NCBI GenBank assembly: GCA_965215195.1
Contig: CBDCDC010000002.1
Location: forward strand, 2,016,001 to 2,080,000
Source: Candidatus Latescibacterota bacterium
Lineage (GTDB): Bacteria > Latescibacterota > UBA2968 > UBA8231
Direction: 5' to 3'
DNA: 64,000 bases
How positions within the stretch are numbered: the stretch's first letter is position 1; the number at the start of each line of letters is the position of its first letter. The translations under genes and the position numbers were made by a program. The notes under the pieces are model-generated. The model was not told the origin of the DNA, ran no database searches, and worked only from the letters and a program-made list of their open reading frames with translations. Below are positions 9,383 to 18,851 of this stretch, piece after piece.

Positions 9383-9617
9383 GAAGCGGTCTGAAAATTC
9401 CGCGAACCGTCCCTTGTGTGCAGCAAACAATCTAGGAGCGAGGGCGGCTCGCCCTCAAAAAACGCCCCATCCGAAGGCGTCTCGCCCTCGAAAAACGCCC
9501 CATCCGAGGGCCTCTCGCCCTCGAAAAACGCTCCCTCCGAGGGCCGCTTGACCGCTACTCAACGCGGTCCGACAGGGGTTTGTCACGCCTAAAGGCGCGG
9601 TGAAGCAGACGGCTTCT
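9382..9617 (+). mobile_element. MITE-like repeat, family A copy 1
   Basis: Ends AGAAGCGGTCTG...CAGACGGCTTCT; three internal 33-bp units containing the GAGGGCGnnnCGCCCTC hairpin; homologous copies at 19779, 36048 and 63474. Confidence 0.8.
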
Positions 9618-9673
9618 TAAGCTTGTACCGCCCAAAGTCGGCGTATATCCAGACAGCTTCTACGTTCCCGACC

Positions 9674-10849
9674 TTACAGAATGTCGGGCGACTGCGGATC
9701 GATGCAGGCACCGCTGGGCCGCGGCCCCCGGGGCCGCTGCGGCATCTGATCGTAAGACTGGTACGCGATGTCTAGGTAAGGCGTGTCGACGCGGCCGTGC
9801 CCTTCGTAGCGCGAATTCATGGCCGCGTCAATAACCCCGGTCGTCAGCAAGGTGCGCTCGGGCGGATACGGGGCCTGACTCGTTTTGAAAAACTGCTCGA
9901 TGTTGCGGCACAAGTAGCCGAAATGGGCAAACGGCCCCTCGTTCTGCAAGTAGAACTCCGCGGCCTGCACCTGCCCGCCTATCCGCGCAGCATAGGCGAA
10001 GTCGCTGACATAGCCGTTGAGCATCAAAGTCGCCGTGCGCAAGCCGTCGCAGTGTTCCATGAGGAAGACGGCCGGCTCTTTGGAATGCTCCTCCATCGTC
10101 CCAGCCGGCTTCTTGGCAATGGCAGCGCAAGCGGCCTCGGCCAGCTCCCCAGACCACAGCCCCTCGTCGCGGGCGCGCCATACGTCGTCCCCTTCGAGGC
10201 ACTGCACCCACGCCACTCCCTGCTCGCCGCCGTTCCGCCGCTCAACCATGCACTGCAAGGTCTCTAAGGCGTGATACCCGTATGCCTCAATGCCGCCGTA
10301 GCCGATGGATAGGGCTTGCTCAATGGGCGTCTCCTTGGGGTGCTCCAGCCAAGGGGAGCGCCAAGCCAAGGGCAGCGACGACCCGGCCATCAGCGGGATG
10401 CCCAGTTCTCCAGCCCGATCCCACATCCACTGGGCGTCCCTAAAGTCATACGCTAAATGCTTATCTGAAAATACGGGCACCGAGCGGCCGCTCTCGGCAA
10501 AGACGCCGGCGATTTGCTCAAAGAAATAGCGGCGCGGGTACATGTGGCGGCCCCGCTCGTTCCAAGGGTAGTCGCCGTGCTCACCGATGAGCAGCACCGC
10601 ATCTACATTGAGCCGGTCGGCACCAGCGTGCAGGGCGCGGCGGATGCTGGGATAGATGGGCACCCCGTACTCTTGGGCCAAGCCCACGCCGATATCGCTT
10701 TCCAGCACATGGTCGATATACAAGGATACTAGGTCCACTTCCGGCGGCATCAGGCCCTCGTCCGTGGACATGCCTTTCATAAACTTGGTGGCAATGACGT
10801 CGGCATGGGATTTGGCATAGTAAATGGTGGCGATGGCGGCTACTCTCAT
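9674..10849 (-). CDS. Conserved hypothetical protein, Gfo/Idh/MocA-like oxidoreductase-related
   Basis: 391-aa ORF; VDAVLLIGEHGDYP, PVFSDKHL, YGYHALE. Confidence 0.6.
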   Translation of the reverse strand: MRVAAIATIYYAKSHADVIATKFMKGMSTDEGLMPPEVDLVSLYIDHVLESDIGVGLAQEYGVPIYPSIRRALHAGADRLNVDAVLLIGEHGDYPWNERGRHMYPRRYFFEQIAGVFAESGRSVPVFSDKHLAYDFRDAQWMWDRAGELGIPLMAGSSLPLAWRSPWLEHPKETPIEQALSIGYGGIEAYGYHALETLQCMVERRNGGEQGVAWVQCLEGDDVWRARDEGLWSGELAEAACAAIAKKPAGTMEEHSKEPAVFLMEHCDGLRTATLMLNGYVSDFAYAARIGGQVQAAEFYLQNEGPFAHFGYLCRNIEQFFKTSQAPYPPERTLLTTGVIDAAMNSRYEGHGRVDTPYLDIAYQSYDQMPQRPRGPRPSGACIDPQSPDIL

Positions 10850-10942
10850 GGTAAAGCTCCTATAGCGAAGGCGGCACTTGCTCCTGTGTACCGCAGACAG
10901 TGGAGGGAATTACAAGCGAAATCAAATCCGAAAAACGCCCGT

Positions 10943-11761
10943 TCAGGCCGCCCAGCATCCCTCCGCATAAGGCTCGCGGAGAAAGAGTCCTTTGCGCTGG
11001 GGACTGGCGCGCGCAATCCACTCGGGCGGAATCTCCTGAGTATAGCGATGCGGCGGCCCGGCTTCTTTGAAGATGTCGATGTTGAAGATGCGATAGGGCT
11101 GGGGGGAGTCCGCGGGTTTGGCTTCGACGGCGTGGAAAATCCGGGCGTTGATATAGACCATGCTGCCCGGAGGCACTGCGAGCCGTACCTCTTTTAGCTC
11201 GCGCCCGGCCTCTGCGTCGTAGGCCCCGGCCAACATACGCTCAGGCGTGGCCTCTGCGGTCGGGGCGACGAGGTGGCTGCCGGGAATGACCTTGAGGTTG
11301 CGGTCGCCAAGTGTGAAGCCATTGGGATAGTAGAGAATTTGGATGTAGTACTTGTCGCGCTCGGCGAGGTTGATGGGGTTTTCGTGCTTCCAGTGGTGGT
11401 GATCTTGGTGGTAGGGAATGGGGCCTAGGCCGCGCGGGGCGAGGTTGAGAGCGGAGTGGCAGAAGTGGTAGTTTGGACCGATGGTGGCTTGCAGCAGCGC
11501 GGTGACAAAGGGATCGTCAATGAGGCGGTCGCCGCACGGGCCGCGGTCGTTCCAAGGGCGGACGAAGTAGGATTGGGGCGCGGCGGATTTTTCGTCCAAG
11601 GCGTCGAGATAGCGGCGCACCGAGTCGAGGCCGAGGATTTCGTTGGTTAGGTTGCGCCGTGCCTCGTCCTTGAGTACGTCCGAGTAGAAGATGTAGCCGT
11701 CTTGGTGGAAGGAGTCCAAGTCGGCTGCGGAGGGGGCTAGGCGGCGAAATAGTGAGTTCAT
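10943..11761 (-). CDS. PhyH-family Fe(II)/2OG dioxygenase
   Basis: FHQDGY start, YHQD, LKVIPGSH, distal IFHA. Confidence 0.85.
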   Translation of the reverse strand: MNSLFRRLAPSAADLDSFHQDGYIFYSDVLKDEARRNLTNEILGLDSVRRYLDALDEKSAAPQSYFVRPWNDRGPCGDRLIDDPFVTALLQATIGPNYHFCHSALNLAPRGLGPIPYHQDHHHWKHENPINLAERDKYYIQILYYPNGFTLGDRNLKVIPGSHLVAPTAEATPERMLAGAYDAEAGRELKEVRLAVPPGSMVYINARIFHAVEAKPADSPQPYRIFNIDIFKEAGPPHRYTQEIPPEWIARASPQRKGLFLREPYAEGCWAA

Positions 11762-11794
11762 GGCGACCTCGTTGCTTTATTTGTCAATGAATTC

Positions 11795-13016
11795 TAGTAT
11801 CTATTGACACTTAAAATTTTGGGTAAAGCCGTTTCAGTTTAATGCGCGCATCATCGGTGGTAAACCGCCAGTCCACGGCTTTCTGGTTTTCGTTGCGTGC
11901 CTGTTCCCAAGCGTGGGTTTCCGCCTTCAAGGTCTCTTCATCGGGTATGCGCGCATTTAGACATTGCTGGGACAAAATGCGCAACTCAATTTCAGCGATA
12001 TTGAGCCAACTGCCATGTTTGGGGGTGTAATGCAACTCAAGTCGTCTAACTAACCGGCGCGCTTGGGCCGGTTCAAACGCTTCATACAAAGCGGCAATCG
12101 TGTGCGTGTTGAGATTATCACACACCACCAAGACCACTTCAGCATCTGGATAATCCACCTCCAATAGCTCTTTGATTTCAAAAGCCCAGTCCACAGCGGT
12201 CTTGCGTGAGCGCACATTGACCTTGCGCCAACCGGCCAAGGGGTCTGTAAACAGAAAATTGACCGCTGTGCCATTGTGCGCGTATTCGTAATCATACCGT
12301 TGGGGGTGTCCAGGCCGTGCGGGCAGCGGGATACGGGTTTCTCCAATCAACTGGATGGGCTGCTCATCCATGCACACCCAAGGCCTTTTCGGATCGTAGG
12401 GCCGATGATACAGATCCAGAACATCTTCCATGCAGGCTACAAAGGCTGCATTTTGTTCAGGTGGAATCACCCAACAGGTACGCAGATGCGGCTTCAATTC
12501 GTTTTTTTTAGCGTCCGTCCCACCGTGCGATACGAAATGGAGTCCACCACGTTGAGTTCGACCAACGTGTCGGCCAGTAACTCCAATGTCCAGCGGTTGC
12601 GTCCTTCGGGGGGATGGCTACAAGCCAGCGCGATCAAACGGGCTTCACCGGCTCCATCCAGAATCTTCTCGCGGGGCGGCTGTACGCGCTTTTTACGTTC
12701 TAAGGCCGCCTGCATCCCGTGCTCTACAAAACGTTTCCGAACGTTTTCGACGGTGACTCTATGGCAGGCGAATGCTTCCGCAATAGCCCTATCTGTCCAG
12801 CAGGGCCCTGCTGCATCGGCTTTCAAAAGTATATTCGCGTGTTTGATCTTGTAGGCTGGGGCGTGACCTGTGCTGACCAGAGCTTCTAACTGCTGACGCG
12901 CTTCGTCGGGGAGACGCACGATATATTTCTTCATATCTAGACTCCTCAGGTATCAGTTCGCGCTGGAGATTCGACATGAATATCGCATCCATAACTTTAG
13001 TTGTCAAAAGACACTA
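11795..13016 (-). mobile_element. IS630-family insertion sequence
   Basis: Imperfect terminal IRs TAGTATCTATTGACA (left) / TAGTGTCTTTTGACA (right, reverse complement) with TA at both ends; two-ORF transposase. Confidence 0.92.
11811..12934 (-). CDS. IS630 transposase: orfA HTH 12494-12934 and orfB DDE 11811-12497, joined by probable -1 frameshift
   Basis: CMDE, VCDNLNTH, HYTPKHGSWLNIAEIE; A8 run at the junction (TLKKTN then KPH). Confidence 0.9.
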
Positions 13017-13158
13017 GTGTGCTGTGCGCTCTCTCGCAACCTATCCTCGTGCTGCTATGAATTGTGCCCATTAAAGCCTTGACAGAGGCGCATCCTTCGT
13101 CCAATTTAGGGATAAAAGCCATATTAGCTAATATGAATAAATCAGGAGATGCGCTCGC

Positions 13159-13410
13159 ATGGAAACAAAAGTCATAACATCGACTGAAGCGCAAAATAAC
13201 TTTGGTCAGATAATAGACTCGGTCGTTCAAGATCGAACTCGGTACGTTGTCAAACGGCGCAATGTATCGCAAGCAATCATAATGAGTTTAGCGGATTTTG
13301 GCCAGTTGTTGGAGAACTCGTCTGACAGACAGAAGATGTGCGATATGATTGGCGAATTATCCCCAGTTTACAGTCTCGGCGAGACAATAGAGTCTTCTGT
13401 CAAAAAATAG
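13159..13410 (+). CDS. Phd/YefM-family antitoxin-like protein (no cognate toxin adjacent)
   Basis: ITSTEAQNNFGQIIDSV...YVVKRRN...IIMSLADF. Confidence 0.75.
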   Translation: METKVITSTEAQNNFGQIIDSVVQDRTRYVVKRRNVSQAIIMSLADFGQLLENSSDRQKMCDMIGELSPVYSLGETIESSVKK

Positions 13411-13441
13411 GCTACTCATCTAAGCGGAGAAAGAGAAAGAA

Positions 13442-14758
13442 ATGGTATATGCAGTACAAGCTAAAACTGGGGAGGAATTAAATCGGATTTACGCGGAAGA
13501 TTTATCTATCCACGAATGGTATCGGTTTGTCCTTTCCTATCCGCCGCACTTGGTTCGTCGTTATATTGACATGTTTGGCCTGACAAAACGCCATTGGGTG
13601 CTGGACCCATTTTGTGGCACGGGAACAACTTTGGTTGAGTGCAAGAAGAATGGCATTCCGAGCACTGGCTTAGAGGCCAATCCCGTAGTACAGTTCGCCG
13701 CGCAAACTAAGGTTCTATGGGACATAGATCCCGATACTCTTGTTAGACATGCCAAGAATGTTGCTGAAGAAGTAGAGGTTCAATTGAAAAGGGAAGGTGT
13801 CGAGGATGATCCTCTTTTTAAGCCCTTTACCAACGGCAAAAAAATAGGTCTAACGCTATTAGAACCTGAACTAGAAGCATTGCTTATCAAAAATTCCATA
13901 AGCCCCAAACCCTTACATAAAACTCTCGCCCTCATAAATAACCTAAATAAAAAATCAGACGAACACCTAATTGCACACGAAAGGTTGGCACTTGCAAAAC
14001 AGTTAGTTTACAGCATCAGCAATTTGCGTTTTGGACCAGAAGTAGGAGTCGGGAGGCCGAAAGAAGATGCCCCGGTTATTGCACCTTGGTTAAAGGGCGT
14101 AAAAGACATGGCTAATGATTTGTGCCATACCCAAGTCAAGAGCCATAAAGCCGTACCATCGCTAGTAAAACTCACAGATTCGCGCAGGATAGATCCCTGC
14201 TTAGAACCTCTGACGTTCGACGCAGTTATAACCTCGCCGCCATACCCCAATGAAAAGGATTACACGAGAACGACTCGTCTTGAAGCTGTTTTACTTGGCT
14301 ACATAAACAACCGCGACGATCTACGACGACAAAAACAAAACTTGCTGCGGTCTAATAGCAGGGGAGTGTATAAAGCAGATACGGATGAATGCTGGGTTAA
14401 AGACAATGAACGCATACAAGAGCTGGCAGAACGGATAGAGGCGCGTCGGCTAGAACTAAAAAAAACGTCGGGATTCGAGAAACTCTACGCTCGCGTAGTA
14501 AGGTTGTATTTTGGAGGAATGGCACGTCATTTAGAAGAATTAAAGCAGGTTTTGGCACCGGGAGCCCAACTTGCTTATGTCGTCGGGGACCAAGCGTCTT
14601 TTTTTAGGATTTTAATCTGCACGGGAGAGCTTTTGGCTAATATAGCAGAAGACCTTGGCTATGAAGTAACGGGTATTGATTTATTTCGTACGCGATTTTC
14701 TACAGCGACTCAGAAACGCCTGCGAGAGGAGGTCGTTCTCTTGCGATGGAATAGTTAA
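13442..14758 (+). CDS. DNA methyltransferase, probably N4-cytosine (motif I before SPPY, alpha-like order)
   Basis: VLDPFCGTGTT near N-terminus; VITSPPY; YVVGDQ. Confidence 0.88.
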   Translation: MVYAVQAKTGEELNRIYAEDLSIHEWYRFVLSYPPHLVRRYIDMFGLTKRHWVLDPFCGTGTTLVECKKNGIPSTGLEANPVVQFAAQTKVLWDIDPDTLVRHAKNVAEEVEVQLKREGVEDDPLFKPFTNGKKIGLTLLEPELEALLIKNSISPKPLHKTLALINNLNKKSDEHLIAHERLALAKQLVYSISNLRFGPEVGVGRPKEDAPVIAPWLKGVKDMANDLCHTQVKSHKAVPSLVKLTDSRRIDPCLEPLTFDAVITSPPYPNEKDYTRTTRLEAVLLGYINNRDDLRRQKQNLLRSNSRGVYKADTDECWVKDNERIQELAERIEARRLELKKTSGFEKLYARVVRLYFGGMARHLEELKQVLAPGAQLAYVVGDQASFFRILICTGELLANIAEDLGYEVTGIDLFRTRFSTATQKRLREEVVLLRWNS

Positions 14759-15061
14759 TTATACCACTTCGGCGGCTTGGGGATCAGCGTATAGCGAGCC
14801 TGTCTTACAACGGAAGTGAGTTCCCTCTCGCAAAAAGTAACCTGCTTGCTTAGCAGCAAGGCTTCTCGCGTCTGAATTTCCCGACCGAGTAAGGTCCTTC
14901 ACAAAATTGTTTAGATTTGACGGAACTTGACCGCCTGTCGCCACAATCGCATTTCTTACGTCGTCGTGCGTAAATAGTATTTCCAGTTGCGGATTATCGG
15001 GGTCGTGTTTCCGGTTAAATATGTGTTCAAGTGCTTTGGACTTATTGTAATCGCTTCTCAT
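14759..15061 (-). pseudogene. Probable truncated cognate endonuclease (N-terminal ~80 aa only)
   Basis: GGAGGTG RBS; AT-rich like the MTase; convergent and abutting the MTase stop; EHIFNRK..EILFTHDDV..PSNL resembles N-termini of proteins paired with such MTases (recollection). Confidence 0.45.
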
Positions 15062-15077
15062 ATAGATTACACCTCCT

Positions 15078-16337
15078 TCATGCGGATGGTGGCTTCTGCG
15101 CCGTCGGTGGCGGCGCGAAGACGGCTCGCCAGCCCAGCCGGTTTAGACGCAAGTAATAAGACGCCGTCAGTACCCCCCACAACGCATACGCAATCGAAGT
15201 AGATAGAGCGGCACCCCGCAGCCCTAGCTTGGGGATCAACAATAGATTCAGGACCACGTTGGCCGCCAGAGCAATGCCCGGGGCCCAGAGGGTCATGGAG
15301 GGGTAGCCCTCGCCCATTAGCTTGGCGTTGAACACGGCCCCAAAACCCAAAAACAACATGCCGGGCAGCAGCCAAACAAGAGGTGCGTAGGCATCGGGAT
15401 ACAAAGGAAAGAAAACGCTCAGAAGTAGGCGTCCGCCGAAGATCAAGACAACGGCCGAAAGCAGGGAAAAGACAAAGATGCCTTGGGCCACGCCCAAAGA
15501 GAGCCGCGTGTCGTCTTGCCCGCGCACTATTTTGGCGAGCAGGATGACCGAGGCAATGTTGGCGACGCGCTGCATCATGTCCGTAAAGTTCGTCGCCACC
15601 CCGTACACGCCCACCTCCTCCTCGCCCAAAAAGCGCTCTATCAAAAAGAGGTCGCTCTTGAGCAGCAAAAAGATGAGCACTAAGCAGACCTCACCACGCG
15701 AACCAATGCGAAGCATTTGCCCGAGCGCGTGTCGCCCTCCCCACCGAAAGCGGAACCCCCGGTACAAGAATGGGACAAAAGCCGCCAAGGCCGTCGTCCC
15801 TACCGCCCCTACCCACACCCCCATCACCCGCTCCAACTCGAGGTGCCCTAGCTGGGAAAGGACTAGATTGCCGCCGAGATAGATGGCGATAAAGACTACG
15901 GGCAGCAGTGCGTAGGGCTTGAGCCGATCTTCACCTAACAAGACCGAGAACCCCGCCCTTTGTAGCACGGTGAACGCAATTACGCAAACGCCCAAGACCC
16001 ATTGGACCAAGGTAATACTGGGCACGAAGACCTTTGCGAGTGCTAGGCTAAAAGGGGCCGTCAGCAACAGGAGGGCACCCAAGACGAGGCCATACAACAA
16101 GGTGTGATTGATCGCGGCTTCCCGCGCTCGCTCGCGGCCCACGACGTACATGTTCCCCTTGCTGAGCCACTCCCCGAACAACAGGACGCCCAGCATGACG
16201 AGCGCAGTCCATAGCTTTAGGGTGCCATAGTGCTCTGGCCCTAGCTGATCGGCTAGCAGGACCGAGTTCACAAAGCCCAAAGAAAATACCAGAAAGGTAC
16301 AGGTTGTGTTGAGCGAAAAGCCGCGAAAAAAGTTCAT
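15078..16337 (-). CDS. Wzx/MOP-type polysaccharide flippase
   Basis: About 12 hydrophobic segments; LGPEHYG, EEVGVYGVA, LNLLLIPKLGLRGAALSTS. Confidence 0.85.
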   Translation of the reverse strand: MNFFRGFSLNTTCTFLVFSLGFVNSVLLADQLGPEHYGTLKLWTALVMLGVLLFGEWLSKGNMYVVGRERAREAAINHTLLYGLVLGALLLLTAPFSLALAKVFVPSITLVQWVLGVCVIAFTVLQRAGFSVLLGEDRLKPYALLPVVFIAIYLGGNLVLSQLGHLELERVMGVWVGAVGTTALAAFVPFLYRGFRFRWGGRHALGQMLRIGSRGEVCLVLIFLLLKSDLFLIERFLGEEEVGVYGVATNFTDMMQRVANIASVILLAKIVRGQDDTRLSLGVAQGIFVFSLLSAVVLIFGGRLLLSVFFPLYPDAYAPLVWLLPGMLFLGFGAVFNAKLMGEGYPSMTLWAPGIALAANVVLNLLLIPKLGLRGAALSTSIAYALWGVLTASYYLRLNRLGWRAVFAPPPTAQKPPSA

Positions 16338-16515
16338 TGAAATGGACGGCGGGTACTAAAGCGGCGACCGAGATGTTAGCACGCGAATACCCGGGGCATG
16401 GCGGCGAGGACTGCGGAGCGCAAGAGGTCGTGCGGCCGGCCGGCCGGAGTGGGGTCTTGCGATGCTTGCATAGATAAACCCCGCGCCGTTTCGACGCGGG
16501 GGTCTCCATTTCAGT

Positions 16516-17493
16516 TCAGCGGATAGCGATCGGCCGCCCCGGCGATCCAGTGCCGCCCTTGAAGCGAGTCGGCGTGAATATAAAGAGGAATTCGTACACC
16601 TCGTCGGCCAACACTTCTTCAAAGACCATGTTCTCTAGGTTGAAGATGCCGTTCTTGGTGATGAGTTCTTGGTGGACCGGGAAGGCCTGCTTGGGGTCGG
16701 GGCCGGGCACGACTTCAGTGGTCCACTGGTCCGATCCGATCATCGAGGGTTTCATGGAGATGATCCACTCGCTCGCCTCCATGCCGATGCCGGGCGGGTT
16801 GGTGTTGTAGGTTTCAGGGTCCTTCCACAGCTTGGACCAGCCGTAGTTGAAGAGCAGGGCGTCGCCCTCTTGGATGCTGCTTTCGGCGATCTCCTGCTTT
16901 GCGAGCGCGCCGCGAATATCGGCGACGGTGACCTCGTAGCTGTGGTCGAGGTGCTCAACGCCCTTGTAGCCAGCAATGTCGATGAGTATGCCGCGGGTGA
17001 CAAAGGAGCGCACGTGTTCAATGCCCAGCTTGGTGACGCCATAGGCTCCGGCCATTTCGTCGGCCGTAACGCCGTTGTAGAATACGTCTTGGGTCGAGCT
17101 GTCGGCCATGGTCATGCGCGTACCAATGTGGGCCAGCCCGTCGAACTGAGTGCCTACTTGGCCGATCTCGGCGCAGAGGAACTCGTCGTGGTACATGAGC
17201 ATGTTGTTCTCGCCGAAGGGGCCGCCGGTGGGCGAACCGGGGATGAACATTGCATACGTGCGCTCGCCAAACAGCGGCATACCGCGCTCGTATATCTGAC
17301 CCAGCTCGTACATCTGGCCGGTCTTGACTAGTTGCACGGCCTTGAGGATGGTTGCGGCGGTGATGCGATTGGATGCGCCGGCTTGATCGTCGGCCCCCCA
17401 CTCCGAGGGCCACCAAGGCCCTTGTTCGCGGGTCTGGGAAAAGCACGGCAGGGACAGGGCGAACACGAGGAGCGCCGAGATGAGCGACTTCAT
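16516..17493 (-). CDS. Cyclase (kynurenine formamidase-like) family protein with signal peptide
   Basis: QVGTQFDGLAH, RGILID, PVHQEL, GGTGSPGRPIA; start MKSLIS. Confidence 0.85.
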   Translation of the reverse strand: MKSLISALLVFALSLPCFSQTREQGPWWPSEWGADDQAGASNRITAATILKAVQLVKTGQMYELGQIYERGMPLFGERTYAMFIPGSPTGGPFGENNMLMYHDEFLCAEIGQVGTQFDGLAHIGTRMTMADSSTQDVFYNGVTADEMAGAYGVTKLGIEHVRSFVTRGILIDIAGYKGVEHLDHSYEVTVADIRGALAKQEIAESSIQEGDALLFNYGWSKLWKDPETYNTNPPGIGMEASEWIISMKPSMIGSDQWTTEVVPGPDPKQAFPVHQELITKNGIFNLENMVFEEVLADEVYEFLFIFTPTRFKGGTGSPGRPIAIR

Positions 17494-17590
17494 GGGTTCC
17501 TCCTTGGTAAATGGGGCGCGGAAATTCACCGCGATGGTATAAGGAAATTGCGGCCCTGAATCAAGCAGGGAGTGCGCCGATTCCCCATCC

Positions 17591-18043
17591 TCAGATGAGC
17601 TTGACCACAACTAGAATTACAATGGCGATCACCAGCGTGGTAGGCACTTCGTTGAGGCAGCGGAAAAACCGCTCGCTCTTTTGGTTCTCGCCGCGCACAA
17701 AAGCCTTGCGATAGGAGGCGAGCATGCCGTGGAGGGCGGCCATGGCGAGCACTAGCGCCAGCTTGATGTGCATCCAGTAGCCGGTGCCGGGCGCGCCGGC
17801 ACCCGTGGCGAGGATGAGCAGAATGCCGGTGATAAAAGAAACGGCCATCGCCGGATTCATAATCACCCGCAGCAACTTGCGCTCCATGACCTTGAAGGTC
17901 TCGTCGGCTTCCGAGTTAGGGGTAACTTGGCAGTGATAGACATAGAGGCGCGGCAGATAAAACATGCCGACCATCCAGAAGATGACGAAGATGACGTGAA
18001 CGGCTTTGATCCACATTTGGTATTCGCTTGCAAATGCACTCAT
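17591..18043 (-). CDS. hemJ: Protoporphyrinogen oxidase HemJ
   Basis: WIKAVHVIFVIFWMVGMFYLPRLYVYH, MERKL, WMHIKL, NEVPT. Confidence 0.9.
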   Translation of the reverse strand: MSAFASEYQMWIKAVHVIFVIFWMVGMFYLPRLYVYHCQVTPNSEADETFKVMERKLLRVIMNPAMAVSFITGILLILATGAGAPGTGYWMHIKLALVLAMAALHGMLASYRKAFVRGENQKSERFFRCLNEVPTTLVIAIVILVVVKLI

Positions 18044-18057
18044 AGGGGAAAACTCCT

Positions 18058-18711
18058 CTACGCGGAGCCGCAGTAGGTGCGCGTCGTTGCCAGCGCAGCT
18101 TCGTGGAGGGCATTGACCGTTTCGGCCTCTAGGCCCATGTCGATGTTGGGAATGGACTTGGACCGGCCGATAAAGAGCGTCGCGTAAAATGCGCAAGCCG
18201 CCAGATAGGACCCGGCGAGATTGGGGTGGCTTTGGTCCTTGTCGTGCAGGACGATATCGGGATGCGCCGCTAGACAGTGCTGCCAAGCTAGCCCCGCAGG
18301 CACGACGGTCGCGCCGATCGCGCGCCCCACTTCGGTGTAGGTCTCGCTCAAAGCGGCTTGGGTCTCGGGAGCGTTTTGCCGCGCCCAAGTCATGTAGAGT
18401 ACGGTGTGCGCCGGTGTCGCTTTAATTATGGCGTCGAACTCGCGGATATTTTCTCCGCTGCGCTTGGGGTTTTTCACCGGCAGGGTGCTTTGCTCCTGCA
18501 ACACGACGTAGTCCCAGCGGGATGCCTGCAAGCGCGTTTGTGCCGCGCCCTTGTTCAAGTGGGTCCTGAGCGAGGCCCCGCCGCCGCTGATGAGTTCGCA
18601 TTCCAACGCTCCCTTGCCGCCGGCACAGACGAGTTGGGCGAGGAGGCCGGGCAGATCATTGCGTGCGGTGAAGCTGTTGCCAATGAAAAGGGCGCGGGTG
18701 ATATTGGCCAT
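18058..18711 (-). CDS. SGNH/GDSL-like hydrolase
   Basis: LFIGNSFT, WDYVVLQEQS, DQSHP. Confidence 0.8.
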   Translation of the reverse strand: MANITRALFIGNSFTARNDLPGLLAQLVCAGGKGALECELISGGGASLRTHLNKGAAQTRLQASRWDYVVLQEQSTLPVKNPKRSGENIREFDAIIKATPAHTVLYMTWARQNAPETQAALSETYTEVGRAIGATVVPAGLAWQHCLAAHPDIVLHDKDQSHPNLAGSYLAACAFYATLFIGRSKSIPNIDMGLEAETVNALHEAALATTRTYCGSA

Positions 18712-18851
18712 AATCAGTCCTTAATTTGGGTTGCGGTGTGTCCTGTGCTCAACATAAACACCGCTTCGCCTCGCGCCAAGTGCCATCCCAAGCGGCACAC
18801 AGGACCTCAATGGCGGCGATTTTCGTGCAGTTTAATACGGGAGAACTTCAG

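Noticed and set aside
9439-9545. Three 33-bp tandem hairpin units as CRISPR
   Set aside because: No unique spacers; internal to the family-A element.
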